This document shows positions 20,866 to 31,859 of a stretch of 64,000 nt of DNA, piece by piece. The stretch is from Fibrobacter sp. (lineage in GTDB: Bacteria; Fibrobacterota; Fibrobacteria; Fibrobacterales; Fibrobacteraceae), in contig JAGAAW010000133.1 in NCBI GenBank assembly GCA_017615055.1, positions 2,463 through 66,462 of the forward strand, given 5' to 3'. Every line of letters begins with the position of its first letter. The first letter of the stretch is position 1. A model generated the notes under the pieces. That model saw nothing but the letters and a program-made list of their open reading frames with translations, searched no databases and was not told where the DNA came from. The position numbers and the translations under genes are program-made.

Positions 20866-23800
20866 GTGTGGTATAAGATTATCACCCGTATAACTCTGTT
20901 AACACTAGTCGCTGCAATGTGTGCTATGTCACAACCCGGGAATGGTAACGGGAACGGCAGAGGCAACAACAGGGAAAAACCTACCGAAGAGGAACCCGCC
21001 GGTGAAGAACCGCGCGGTGGCGGAGAAGCCGCAGGCGGCTCGAATGTCGTTATCCGGTTCATGCCGAACTGGACAAACACCAACGCCATCATGACCCACA
21101 ACGGCAAGGAATCCGTAATGACCGCAGTCCAGAACTACTGCGGTTGGTTCCAGACGACTGTCAAGAATGCACCCACCACAGGTTTCGAGGTCACCTTCAA
21201 GCAGACCATCGGCAACATCCACGTGACCGCGGAAGGCCCCGAGAAGGTGGCTCGCGGACTGGAACCTGCAGGTAGCCCGATTATCCTGGATAGCATTGCC
21301 GCACTCAACGACACGCTGTGGATTATCGGCAACCCCTCCGGCCCTCCCGACCTGTTTGCGGAATACCCGGTCCGCCTGGGCGACTGCCCGACAAAGACGC
21401 TCTCGGTAATGATGTTCGACTGGTACGACGGATCGTACAGTGACGGACGAACCGGCTACGTAGCGCGCGATGTTCCGCAATACGGTGAAGGAACAAACGA
21501 AGACTTCGGTAGTAGCGGATGCGGATACACGAAGGGAATGGTCGAGCCTATTCTCGGCAGCAACGGCGTCCCGGTACGTGCAAGGGATTTCCCCGCAAGC
21601 TGCACCAACGCCACCCACCTTGACAACTGGTTCCTGCCCGAAATCATCAACACCGGTACCGACGGCAAAAAATACACCAACGCGACCTGCCGTGACCTGG
21701 AACTTGAACTGACCGATGACGGCTTCTGGCTCGGACAGCGCGACGACGGCAGCCCCGAAGGCGGCCTCTTCTTCCTGGATGACTTCCGCTGGCTCGACGA
21801 AGACAAGACCGTCGAGAACGTCTACTACGATTCCGCGAGCGGCAACAAGGGCTATCACAACTTCAGCTTCTCCATGAAGATCCAGGCGAAGTTCGAATAC
21901 GTGCCCGGCCAGTACTTCGAGTTCAACGGCGACGACGACGTGTGGGTGTTCATCAACAACCGCCTGGTGGTCGACATCGGCGGGCAGCACACGAAGGAAT
22001 TCGGTGCGGTGGATCTCGATACGCTTGGACTTACCGAAGGCGAGACATACCCGTTCCACATCTTCTACGCCGAACGAAAACGAACGCAGTCCAACTTCAT
22101 GATGCGCACCTCAATAGACCTGCGTACCGAGGCAAGCATATTCCTCACCGACGACCGCTCCACGCCTGTGCTCAAGAACTATGATGTATGGCAGGTCGTG
22201 AAGAAGGACGCGCTCAGCTGCGACTTCTCCGCAAACGAACTTGCAGACGTAGATACGGTGGAAGGACCTTCCAACTACAGGCTCACCGGCGGTAACCTCG
22301 GCGAGGCAGGCGTAATGCTCGATACCGCGGGAATGTGGTTCGAGGGTATCACTATCGAGAAGAACTGGTACCAGTTCAGCATCGACTCCGCGCGCATCGT
22401 AGAGAACAACGGACTCGCTCCAGGCCACTACTACCTCGAAGTCTCGCTCAAGAATGCTCCTGAACAGAAGACTGGCGTATGGATTACCATCCCGCCGTAC
22501 AAGGTACCCACGATTGTGTTCGCGACCGAGAAGTGGGAATCCATTGGAGCACAGGTTTCGGGCAACGAGCCCTACATTGGCAAGTGGACCTACGAAATGT
22601 ACAAGGTACAGGTGATGTTCGAGGAAGACTGGGCTACCGTATCCATCTACAACCAGAACATCAATCTCTCCTCCTCCGACCCGAACATGAAGACGGTTGA
22701 CGAGAACGGCAAGGCCATCAACAAGGTAACGCTTGACTCAACGGGCCACGGCACATTCTACTTAATCGCGAACGCCCCTGTTACAGGCGCTACACTGCAG
22801 GCGAAGGGCGCCGCGGCATCGGCAGCCGTATGGACCGACCTCAACTTCGAGGAACCGCCGATACCGCGCATATCCAGCGCGATAATCGTCGACCGCAACG
22901 GCGACGGACGCGGCGACAGCGTGTACATCAAGTTCAACAAGAAACTTGGCGGCGACAACAATCTTGACTCCCTAAAGTTCGCATTCGGCGAGGGATTCCC
23001 GATGCAGACCGAGGGAGACTGGAAAGTCAGCGAAAACAAGACGGAACTCACGATTGTCGCAAGCGGTGATTGCGAACCCTACAAGGTGTGCGGATTCAGT
23101 TCCCTGATATTCACCGGTGGCAAGGAGGAAGTGTACACGGGTAGCATCGACACCTGGTTCACCTACACCGAAAGTGGCAAGAGTTACCACTTCCACATTG
23201 CGGCCGACCCGCTTACCGACGGCGTGAACCCCATCGTAACCCAGGCGGTAAAGAGCATTACCAAGAGCGGTCACGAGTTGGCACTCACCTTCAGCGAGGC
23301 CATTACCGAAGACACGAAGGAATACTTCAAGGACATGTTCCGCTACCACTGCGTACGCGGTGGCGAAAAGGTCGACCCCGAAAAACCCATGGGTGTAGAC
23401 AAAGGTTCCACAGGCAATACGATGAGCCTGCTGTTCACCATGAGCACCTACGATGCGGTAATACCTTCCGTGGGCGACTCCGTGGGCTTTGTGCCTCAGG
23501 GCGGTTCCACCACAAACCTCGCCGAAGACATGAGCGGCGTAAAACCGCACAAGTACACGCCGATGGTGAGAATCTCCGGTCAGCAGGACATGCAGATTAC
23601 TGGCACCGACGTGCTGCCGCTTGACCCCAACAACGAGATAGTGCAGGACAAGGAAAACACCACGCAGCCTATCCTCATCACCAACAAGGATGCCGATGCA
23701 AAGCAGGTATCCGACGAGAAGGGCGTGCAGGGTCACCTGATCGGTTTCGACGTCGCGGAGCTCATCGAGACGCAGACAGCCGAAGAGATCGCGAGCCTCG

Positions 23801-24591
23801 ACGCACTTATCTCCACGCTCCTGAACGGCGGCAAGGATGACACCACGTACACCGTACTCGAGATTACCGAAGAGGAATCCATCGCGCAGCTTATCGAAGC
23901 CATCATGTCCAGCAGCATCAGCGGATTTACCGACGAAGCAATTACAGGATTCATGGATTCGAGCATCACCGCGAGCAACTACAAGAAAAAGCTCAGCGAC
24001 GAAGACCTCGAACTGTTCGAGGAATACGTGCAACGCGGAATCGAGGCGAGCAGGGATTCCATCATGAACATCAAGACGGCCGCCGATATGGATGTCAGCT
24101 CGCTGTTCCAGGATATTATCGACGGGACCATCTCCGAGAAGGAGCTCAAGAAAGCCGGCGTGAGCGAAGAGGTGATCGAGGCCATCAAGAACGGCACGAT
24201 TACCGCAAGCAACATCGACCAGTTCCGCGACGGTACGCTCTCGCTCGCCAAGCCTGACGACGTGAAGCTCAAGTACGAAACGTTCTACTACACGCACCTC
24301 GGCAACTACGTGGGTGGAAGCTCGGGCACGATCCTCTGCTCCGACAAGGAAGTCTACGGCGACGCGGGCTGCCTTGCGAACCCGGGCAACCTGTTCCTTG
24401 CATGGAACATGCGCGCCGACGACGGCCGCCTCGTGGGTACGGGTGCCTACATCGCACGCCTGCACGTGAAGGTGATAGTCGGCCGCAAGACCGTCACAAA
24501 CATCACGCGCGACCTCATGTGGGGTGTCCGTCGCGGCAGCAACAACGGCATCAACCTCGGCGAAATTCTGGACGAGAAGAAGAAAAAGTAG
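20866..24591 (+). CDS. Fibro-slime domain surface protein, paralogue 1
   Basis: GTG start after AAGGAG; signal peptide; HNFSF...FEFNGDDDVWVFINNRLVVDIGGQH...FHIFYAER; DRNGDGRGDS; C-terminal WNMRADDGRLVGTGAYI. Confidence 0.92.
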   Translation: MWYKIITRITLLTLVAAMCAMSQPGNGNGNGRGNNREKPTEEEPAGEEPRGGGEAAGGSNVVIRFMPNWTNTNAIMTHNGKESVMTAVQNYCGWFQTTVKNAPTTGFEVTFKQTIGNIHVTAEGPEKVARGLEPAGSPIILDSIAALNDTLWIIGNPSGPPDLFAEYPVRLGDCPTKTLSVMMFDWYDGSYSDGRTGYVARDVPQYGEGTNEDFGSSGCGYTKGMVEPILGSNGVPVRARDFPASCTNATHLDNWFLPEIINTGTDGKKYTNATCRDLELELTDDGFWLGQRDDGSPEGGLFFLDDFRWLDEDKTVENVYYDSASGNKGYHNFSFSMKIQAKFEYVPGQYFEFNGDDDVWVFINNRLVVDIGGQHTKEFGAVDLDTLGLTEGETYPFHIFYAERKRTQSNFMMRTSIDLRTEASIFLTDDRSTPVLKNYDVWQVVKKDALSCDFSANELADVDTVEGPSNYRLTGGNLGEAGVMLDTAGMWFEGITIEKNWYQFSIDSARIVENNGLAPGHYYLEVSLKNAPEQKTGVWITIPPYKVPTIVFATEKWESIGAQVSGNEPYIGKWTYEMYKVQVMFEEDWATVSIYNQNINLSSSDPNMKTVDENGKAINKVTLDSTGHGTFYLIANAPVTGATLQAKGAAASAAVWTDLNFEEPPIPRISSAIIVDRNGDGRGDSVYIKFNKKLGGDNNLDSLKFAFGEGFPMQTEGDWKVSENKTELTIVASGDCEPYKVCGFSSLIFTGGKEEVYTGSIDTWFTYTESGKSYHFHIAADPLTDGVNPIVTQAVKSITKSGHELALTFSEAITEDTKEYFKDMFRYHCVRGGEKVDPEKPMGVDKGSTGNTMSLLFTMSTYDAVIPSVGDSVGFVPQGGSTTNLAEDMSGVKPHKYTPMVRISGQQDMQITGTDVLPLDPNNEIVQDKENTTQPILITNKDADAKQVSDEKGVQGHLIGFDVAELIETQTAEEIASLDALISTLLNGGKDDTTYTVLEITEEESIAQLIEAIMSSSISGFTDEAITGFMDSSITASNYKKKLSDEDLELFEEYVQRGIEASRDSIMNIKTAADMDVSSLFQDIIDGTISEKELKKAGVSEEVIEAIKNGTITASNIDQFRDGTLSLAKPDDVKLKYETFYYTHLGNYVGGSSGTILCSDKEVYGDAGCLANPGNLFLAWNMRADDGRLVGTGAYIARLHVKVIVGRKTVTNITRDLMWGVRRGSNNGINLGEILDEKKKK

Positions 24592-24785
24592 GGCTCTAGA
24601 AGGTTTTTCGGAACCTTTCACCCCTATTGTAAATTTCCTTTAACATTATGTACGCGAAAATCACCCCTTTTTCGCGTATCTTCTTGAGTTGTAAAATATT
24701 ATATAGTTGCTTTTTTGTTTTCAATAAGGCATATTTATATAGAATAGTTATCGCATTTTTACAGGGATGTTAAAGGAGCGAGATT

Positions 24786-27700
24786 GTGTGGTATAAGCTA
24801 ATCACTCGAGTTTTGTTGTTGACCCTAGTCGCGGCAATGTGCGCTATGTCACAGACCCGCCCTGGTCGTGGTGGCGATGAGCCTGCAGCCGACGAACCCG
24901 CCGGGTCAACAAAGATCATCCGGTTCATGCCGAGCTGGACGAACACCAATGCCGTGTTGATCAACAACGGCACGGAAACCATTATGACCGCAGTAAAGAA
25001 CTACTGCGGCTGGTTCGAGACGAAGGTCAAGAACGCACCCGCGGCAAACTTCGCCGTGACGTTCAAGCAGACCATCGGTAACACCTACGTGGGTGCCGAA
25101 GGCCCGGAAATCGTCCCCTCGGGTGCACTCCCCGTAGGCACGCCAATACTACTCGACAGCATCGCCGCCCTGAGCGATACCCTGTGGATTATCGCAAACC
25201 CCGTTGACGCACCCGAACTGCACGCAACCTACCCGAACCGCCTGGGCGAGTGCCCGGTAAGAATCCTCTCGGTGATGATGTTCGACTGGCTGCACGGTAC
25301 CTACGGCGACGTATCGAGGAGCGACACTATCAACTACCACAGCGGCAACGCCGCCAAGGATTCCATTCTCGACAACATCGTCTACCTCATCAGCAACGAC
25401 TTCGGTAGCGGCGGATGCCAGAGCACCGGCGGCAAGGCAATGACGGGCATGGTGGAACCGTTCCTAGGGTCTAACGGCGTTCCCGTACGCAAGCAAGCGG
25501 ACTTCCCCGCAGCCTGCCACGCAACAAACTACCTCGACTACTGGTTCCAGCCCCTTGATATTGGCAAGGACGCAGGCGGTAAGGTCTATACCAACGCCAC
25601 ATGCCGTGACGTGGAACTCAACTTGACAGACGACGGTTTCTGGCTGGGGCAAAAGGACAACAACAGCAAGGAAGGCGGATTCTTCTTGCTGGATGACTTC
25701 GAGTACCTTGATGACGCAAAGACCGTGAAGAACATCTTCTTCGACCAGCTGAATGACAAGAAAGGCAAGAAGCACAACTTCGGCTTCACCATGAAGGTGC
25801 AGGCAAAGTTCGAATACGTGAAGGGCCAGGAATTCGAGTTCTTCGGCGACGACGACGTGTGGGTGTACATCAACAACCGCCTGGTGGTCGATATCGGTGG
25901 ACAGCACGGCCAGGTCCGCGGTTCCGTGAACCTCGATACGCTCGGGCTTGTCGAAGGCCAAGAATACCCGTTCCATATCTTCTACGTGGAACGCCACACC
26001 AGTTCCTCCAACTTCATGATGCGCACGTCCATGGACCTGCACACCGACGCAAGCATATTCCTCACCGACGACCGCTCCACGGAACTCCTCAAGAACTACG
26101 ACGTGTGGCAGATCGTAAAGAAGGACGCCCTCAGCTGCAACTTTGACTTGAACGAGGGTGCACAGGTCGATACGGTGGAAGGGCCTTCCAACTACCGCCT
26201 TACCGGCGGCAACCTCGGCGAAGAGGGCGTGATGCTCGACAAGACGGGTGAATGGTGGTTCGAGGGCATCTACATCGAGGAGGGCTGGGACAAGTTCAGC
26301 ATTGACTCCGCACGCATCGTAGAGAACAACGCTCTCGCTCCGGGCCACTACTACCTCGAGATCTCGCTCAAGAACAATCCGTCGCAGACGACCGGCGTGT
26401 GGATTACCGTTCCGCCTTACAAGGTCCCGACCCTCGTTTATGCAACCGAAAAGTGGAACCCGATCGGTGCACAGGTCTCTGGCGACACGCTCCAGATTGG
26501 CGAATGGGCCTATGAGATGTACAAGGTGCAGGTGATGTTCCTCGAGGACTGGGCGACGGTAACCATCTACAACCAGAACGTCAACCTCAATTCATCGGAC
26601 GTGAACCTCAAGACGGTTGACTCGACCGGCAAGGCTATAAACAAGGTCGTTCTCGATTCCACAGGACGTGCAACGTTCTATGTTATCGCGAATGCGCCCG
26701 TAAAGGGAGCGACGCTGCAGGCAAAAGGTGCCGCATCATCCGCTGCGGTATGGACAAACCTCATTTTCAACGAACCGCCTATCCCGAGAATTTCCAGTGC
26801 GAAATTCTATGACCGTAACGGCGATGGACGTGGCGACAGTCTACTTATCTCGTTCAACAAGGAACTCGGCGGCAAGAACAAACTTGACTCCCTGAAGTTC
26901 GCATTCGGTGAAGGGTTCCCGACACAGACCGAGAAAAACTGGAAGGTCCACAGCGGCAATATGGACCTCACGATTGTCACGGAAGGTGCCTGCGAGCCCT
27001 ACAAGCCCTGTGGTTTCAGCTCGCTAATATTTACCGGCGGCAAGGAAGAGGAATACACGGGTAGTATCGATACCTGGTTTACCTATACCAACAACGGCAA
27101 GAGCTATCACTTCCACATTGCAGCCGACCCGCTTATCGACCGCGTGAACCCGATCGTGACGCAGGCGATAAAGAGCATTACCAAGAGCGGCCACGAACTG
27201 GAGCTCACCTTCAGCGAAGCTATTTCTGCAGAATCCATGACTCACTTCAAGGATATGTTCCGCTACCACTGCGTACGTGCAGGCGAAGTCGTGGAACCCG
27301 AAAAGCCCGTTGGCGCAAGCAATTCTTCAAATAGCAAGATGACCCTGCTGTTCAGCATGAGCACCTACGATGCGGTAATCCCCTCCGTGGGCGACTCCAT
27401 AGGCTTTGTGCCACAGGGTGGCTCTAGCGTGAACCTAGCCGAAGACCTGGGCGGAGTCAAGCCGCATAAGTACTCGCCGATGGTGAGAATCTCGGGCCAG
27501 CAGGACATGCAGATTACCGGCGCCGACGTGTTGCCGCTTACACCGGACAACCCGATCGTGCAGAACCCGACTACCACGCAGCCGATCCTCGTGACCAACA
27601 AGGATGCCGACGCAAAGCAGGTATCCGACGAGAAGGGCGTACAGGGCCACCTGATCGGTTTCGACGTAGCTGAGCTCATCCAGACACAGACCGCCGAAGA

Positions 27701-28514
27701 AATCGCGAGCCTCGACGCACTTATCTCCACGCTCCTGAACGGTGGCGAAGACGACACCACGTACACCGTGCTCGAGATTACCGAAGAGGAATCCGTAGCC
27801 CAGCTGATTGCGGGCATCACCGCAAGTGCAGTAGGCGGCTTTAGCGAAGAGACCATCAACGGCTTTACCGACGGCACCATCACCGCGGACAACTACAAGA
27901 AGAAACTCAGCGACGAGGATCTCGCACTGTTCGAGGAATACGTACAGCGCGGTATCGAGGCGAGCAGGGATTCCGTCATGAACATCACGACGGCAGCCGA
28001 CAAGGATGTCGCATCGCTGTTCCAGGATATCATCGACGGGACCATCTCCGAAAAGGAACTCAAGAAGGCCGGCGTAAGCGAAGAAGTGATCGAGGCCATC
28101 AAGAACGGCACGATTACCGCAAGCAACATCGACCAGTTCCGCGACGGTACGCTCTCGCTCGCCAAGCCTGACGACGTGAAGCTCAAGTACGAAACATTCT
28201 ACTACACGCACCTCGGCAACTACGTGGGTGGAAGCTCTGGCACGATCCTCTGCTCCGACAAGGAAGTCTACGGCGACGCGGGCTGCCTTGCGAACCCGGG
28301 TAACCTGTTCCTTGCATGGAACATGCGTGCCGACGATGGCCGCCTCGTGGGTACGGGCGCCTACATCGCACGCCTGCACGTGAAGGTAGTAGTGGGCCGC
28401 AAGACGGTATCGAACCTCACGCGTGACCTCCTGTGGGGTGTGCGTCGCGGTGCCAACAACGGCATCAACCTCGGCGACATTCTAAGCGAAGACAAGAAGA
28501 AATCGAAAAAGTAA
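24786..28514 (+). CDS. Fibro-slime domain surface protein, paralogue 2
   Basis: Same architecture (HNFGFTM...GDDDVWVYINNRLVVDIGGQH...YVER); colinear with paralogue 1. Confidence 0.92.
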   Translation: MWYKLITRVLLLTLVAAMCAMSQTRPGRGGDEPAADEPAGSTKIIRFMPSWTNTNAVLINNGTETIMTAVKNYCGWFETKVKNAPAANFAVTFKQTIGNTYVGAEGPEIVPSGALPVGTPILLDSIAALSDTLWIIANPVDAPELHATYPNRLGECPVRILSVMMFDWLHGTYGDVSRSDTINYHSGNAAKDSILDNIVYLISNDFGSGGCQSTGGKAMTGMVEPFLGSNGVPVRKQADFPAACHATNYLDYWFQPLDIGKDAGGKVYTNATCRDVELNLTDDGFWLGQKDNNSKEGGFFLLDDFEYLDDAKTVKNIFFDQLNDKKGKKHNFGFTMKVQAKFEYVKGQEFEFFGDDDVWVYINNRLVVDIGGQHGQVRGSVNLDTLGLVEGQEYPFHIFYVERHTSSSNFMMRTSMDLHTDASIFLTDDRSTELLKNYDVWQIVKKDALSCNFDLNEGAQVDTVEGPSNYRLTGGNLGEEGVMLDKTGEWWFEGIYIEEGWDKFSIDSARIVENNALAPGHYYLEISLKNNPSQTTGVWITVPPYKVPTLVYATEKWNPIGAQVSGDTLQIGEWAYEMYKVQVMFLEDWATVTIYNQNVNLNSSDVNLKTVDSTGKAINKVVLDSTGRATFYVIANAPVKGATLQAKGAASSAAVWTNLIFNEPPIPRISSAKFYDRNGDGRGDSLLISFNKELGGKNKLDSLKFAFGEGFPTQTEKNWKVHSGNMDLTIVTEGACEPYKPCGFSSLIFTGGKEEEYTGSIDTWFTYTNNGKSYHFHIAADPLIDRVNPIVTQAIKSITKSGHELELTFSEAISAESMTHFKDMFRYHCVRAGEVVEPEKPVGASNSSNSKMTLLFSMSTYDAVIPSVGDSIGFVPQGGSSVNLAEDLGGVKPHKYSPMVRISGQQDMQITGADVLPLTPDNPIVQNPTTTQPILVTNKDADAKQVSDEKGVQGHLIGFDVAELIQTQTAEEIASLDALISTLLNGGEDDTTYTVLEITEEESVAQLIAGITASAVGGFSEETINGFTDGTITADNYKKKLSDEDLALFEEYVQRGIEASRDSVMNITTAADKDVASLFQDIIDGTISEKELKKAGVSEEVIEAIKNGTITASNIDQFRDGTLSLAKPDDVKLKYETFYYTHLGNYVGGSSGTILCSDKEVYGDAGCLANPGNLFLAWNMRADDGRLVGTGAYIARLHVKVVVGRKTVSNLTRDLLWGVRRGANNGINLGDILSEDKKKSKK

Positions 28515-28537
28515 TTCTCTCTCTATTGCAACAAGAA

Positions 28538-28565
28538 GCCCGCGGATTTTTCCGCGGGCGTTTTT
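28538..28565 (+). terminator. Intrinsic terminator
   Basis: gcccgcgga-tttt-tccgcgggc followed by T-run. Confidence 0.75.
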
Positions 28566-28630
28566 GTTATAAACGATCTTCGATAAACGAGATTCAATAA
28601 GCGTGCCTGCCCGGCGAACCGGGCGCCACG

Positions 28631-31600
28631 TTACACCGTTCCGTAAAGTTCGGTGATGTCCTCGTTACTGCGGTCGAGCATCCAGAACTGGTTCACATGG
28701 GCGCAGGTATCCTCGACGAGGTTAATCTTGAGTCCATGCTTCGCTTCCAGGTAACGGTAGAGCCTGAGCGAGTCAGCGCACAGGGCATCGACCATCATGG
28801 TGCTTACCACCAGGTTGATCTCGCGGAGCTTGCCCTTGTTGCGGGCACGTGCCATCCAGCGGTCGATCTCGCCCATCGTAGATTCGAGGGTAGCGATACG
28901 GCCACCGCCACGGCACACCGGGCAGATTTCCGTCTTTTCGGTCATGAGGTTCACGCGCACACGCTTGCGGGTCACTTCCATGATGCCGAACTGGCTAATC
29001 TGTGCGGGGCTAATCGGCGCCTTGTCGCGGCGGATCGCCTTGCGGAATTCCTGGTACACGGCATCGCGGTCGGAATCCGCACCCATCTCGATGAACTTGA
29101 TGATGATGAGGCCGCCCACGTCGCGCATGCGCAACTGCTTCGCAATCTCGCGGCAAGCATCCAGGTTCGTCTCGAGGGCGAGCTTGTTCCTGTCCTTGCC
29201 GCGGGCACGCCCGAGGTTCACGTCGATGGAGACGAGCGCCTCGGTCTGCTCGATCACGAGGTTCGCGCCGTTGTAGAGCGGAATGCGGCGCTGCAGGGAG
29301 CGTGCATAGTCGTTCTCTATCTTGAAATGTTCAAACAGGCTCTCGTTCTTGTCCCAGAGCTTCACCTTGTCGAGCTTGTCCGGAGAAAGCACCTTGAGGT
29401 AGTCACGCAGCGCGAGGTATTCCTCGCGGTTGTCGATATACACGTAGTCGGTGTTCTCGCCAAAGTATTCACGCACGGTCTGCTCGATGGAATCGGATTC
29501 CTCGTAGATGCAGGTTTCGGCGGGCTGGTTCGCGAAGTTGAACTTGGTCTGTTCCCACTTGCTCTCGAGTTCGCGCATCTGCTTCTGGATTTCGAATTCG
29601 GATTCGTTGAGGCCGTTGGTACGCACGATGTAGCCCACGTCGCGGGCCTTGAGGCGGCGCACCACCTTCTTGAACTCGCGGCGCTTGGCCGGGTCGCGTT
29701 CGCGCTTGGAGACTCCGATGAAGTTGGTACCCGGCATGCACACGAGGAAACGCCCCGCAAAGCTCAGGTGCGTCGTCAAGCGCGCACCCTTGGTGCTGAT
29801 CGGTTCCTTCACCACCTGGACCATGATTTCCTGGCCTTCGCGCAGAATCTCGTCGATGGAGATTTCCTTGGATGGACCATCCTCGTCATCGTCGTCACCG
29901 TATTCGCGGCGCAGGAGTTCGCTACGGTCCATCGCATCGTCCTGATGCAGGAACCCGGCCTTCTCCATGCCGATATCGATAAACGCGGCCTTGAGTGCGG
30001 GGAGAACCTTCTGCACCACGCCCTTGTAGATATTCCCGAGCACGCGAGTCGAGGAGACGCTTTCCACCACGAGTTCGGCAAGTTCGCCGTCTTCCATGAT
30101 GGCGATACGCTTCTCGTAGGGCGTCTTGCTGATAAGGATTTCGCGCTTCACCTTGTTGCGGCCGCGCATGTTGCCACGCTTCGGGCGTGTCGGCTTTGCG
30201 GGCGCATCGGACTCCACGAAGTCGTAGAGTTCGGTAATGTCTTCCTTCTGGTCGTTGAACATCCAGAACTGGTTCACGTGGGCGCGGTCGTCCTCGACAA
30301 GCTCGACCTTCATGTCGTGCTTGTATTCCAGGTAGTGCAGCATGCGGGCACGGTCACGCACCAACACCTCCACCATCGGGGAGCTGAGCACGAGCGTCAC
30401 CTGCTTGAGGCCGCCCTTCGAGTGGGCGCGCGCCATCCAGCGGTCGATTGTCCCGAGAGCCGACTCGAGGGTGGCAATGCGGCCACCGCCACGGCACACC
30501 GGGCAGAACTTGCTCTTGAAGGAATCCTCACGCACGCGTTCGCGGCGGATTTCCATAAGCCCGAACTGGGTAATCGGGGACGGCTTCACGATCGCCTTGT
30601 CGCGGCGTGCAGCCTTCACGAATTCCTGATAGATAATCTCGCGGTCGTTGTCGGTCTCCATGTCGATGAAGTCCACAATGACAAAGCCGTCCACATCCCT
30701 GAGTCTAAGCTGCTTCGCGATTTCGCGGCAGGCATCGATGTTAGTCTCGAGGATAATCTTGCCCTGGTCCTTGCCGTGCACCTTGGGGCCCGTGTTCACG
30801 TCGATGGACATGAGGGCCTCGGTCTGCTCGATCACGAGATTTCCACCGCGCGGGAGCGGTACCTGGCGCTGCAGGGAGCGGGCGTAGTCGTTCTCTATCT
30901 TGAAGTACTCGAACAGGCTCTCGCTACTGCTCCAGAGCTTGACCTTGTCGAGCATCTCGGGGGCGGCGCTGCGCAGGTAGTCACGGAGCGAGAAATACTC
31001 GTCGCGGTTGTCCACGTACACGTAGTCGGTATTCTCGTTGAAGTATTCACCGATGGCGCGGCCCGCGGAATTGGACTGTTCGAACACGCAGGTACCGACA
31101 GCGGCACCCGCATAGTTTTCCTTGGTGCGGTTCCAGAGGGCCTCGAGTTCCTGCATCTGCTGCTGGAGGGCCTCCTCCGTCGCTTCCATGCCCGAGGTAC
31201 GCACGATATAACCCACGTCGCCGGCCTTGAGGCGGTTGATCATCCCCTTGACCTCGCGGCGGCGGGCAATGTCACGTTCACGCTTGGACACGCCGATGAA
31301 GTTCGTGCCCGGCATGCACACCAGCAGGCTACCCGCAAAGGTCACGCGCATGGTAAGCCCGGCACCCTTGCCGCCCGCAGGTTCCTTCGAGACCTGCACC
31401 ATAATCTCGTCGCCCTCGTGGAGCACGTCGGCTATGGCAGAATCACCGTAGGCATCCGTATCGTCATCATCGAACCTGCGTTCAAGCGCGGCCTTGGTAT
31501 CGACGATATCTTCTTGCCGCAAAACGCCGTCCTGGCCCAGCCCTATATCCACATAGGCTAGCGCTGCCGCCGGAACCACCTTTTGTACGACACCCTTATA

Positions 31601-31735
31601 AATATTACCCTGGACCTGACTCGAAGAGCTCCCCTCGACCACGAGTTCCGCCAATTCGCCATCTTCCATGATGGCATAGCGCGTTTCGTAGGGAGTCTTA
31701 CTAATCAAAATTCCACGTTTGCACTTATACGTCAT
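28631..31735 (-). CDS. Rne/Rng family ribonuclease made of two tandem full RNase G-like units
   Basis: Each ~500-aa half has GNIYKG S1, IVRT sensor, LVIEQTEAL-x-SIDVN, EIAKQLR-x-RD, CPVCRGGG Zn-link; basic linker near 30150-30220. Confidence 0.93.
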   Translation of the reverse strand: MTYKCKRGILISKTPYETRYAIMEDGELAELVVEGSSSSQVQGNIYKGVVQKVVPAAALAYVDIGLGQDGVLRQEDIVDTKAALERRFDDDDTDAYGDSAIADVLHEGDEIMVQVSKEPAGGKGAGLTMRVTFAGSLLVCMPGTNFIGVSKRERDIARRREVKGMINRLKAGDVGYIVRTSGMEATEEALQQQMQELEALWNRTKENYAGAAVGTCVFEQSNSAGRAIGEYFNENTDYVYVDNRDEYFSLRDYLRSAAPEMLDKVKLWSSSESLFEYFKIENDYARSLQRQVPLPRGGNLVIEQTEALMSIDVNTGPKVHGKDQGKIILETNIDACREIAKQLRLRDVDGFVIVDFIDMETDNDREIIYQEFVKAARRDKAIVKPSPITQFGLMEIRRERVREDSFKSKFCPVCRGGGRIATLESALGTIDRWMARAHSKGGLKQVTLVLSSPMVEVLVRDRARMLHYLEYKHDMKVELVEDDRAHVNQFWMFNDQKEDITELYDFVESDAPAKPTRPKRGNMRGRNKVKREILISKTPYEKRIAIMEDGELAELVVESVSSTRVLGNIYKGVVQKVLPALKAAFIDIGMEKAGFLHQDDAMDRSELLRREYGDDDDEDGPSKEISIDEILREGQEIMVQVVKEPISTKGARLTTHLSFAGRFLVCMPGTNFIGVSKRERDPAKRREFKKVVRRLKARDVGYIVRTNGLNESEFEIQKQMRELESKWEQTKFNFANQPAETCIYEESDSIEQTVREYFGENTDYVYIDNREEYLALRDYLKVLSPDKLDKVKLWDKNESLFEHFKIENDYARSLQRRIPLYNGANLVIEQTEALVSIDVNLGRARGKDRNKLALETNLDACREIAKQLRMRDVGGLIIIKFIEMGADSDRDAVYQEFRKAIRRDKAPISPAQISQFGIMEVTRKRVRVNLMTEKTEICPVCRGGGRIATLESTMGEIDRWMARARNKGKLREINLVVSTMMVDALCADSLRLYRYLEAKHGLKINLVEDTCAHVNQFWMLDRSNEDITELYGTV

Positions 31736-31859
31736 TAACAATCCTAAAGTATGTTAAAACTCGATAGAAATACACCCAAAACGGCAATCCTGGTCCGGAA
31801 AGCCGTCTAAGGTAGCATAAATATAATAAATGTCAAAAAAATGAATTAGGCGCGAACGG

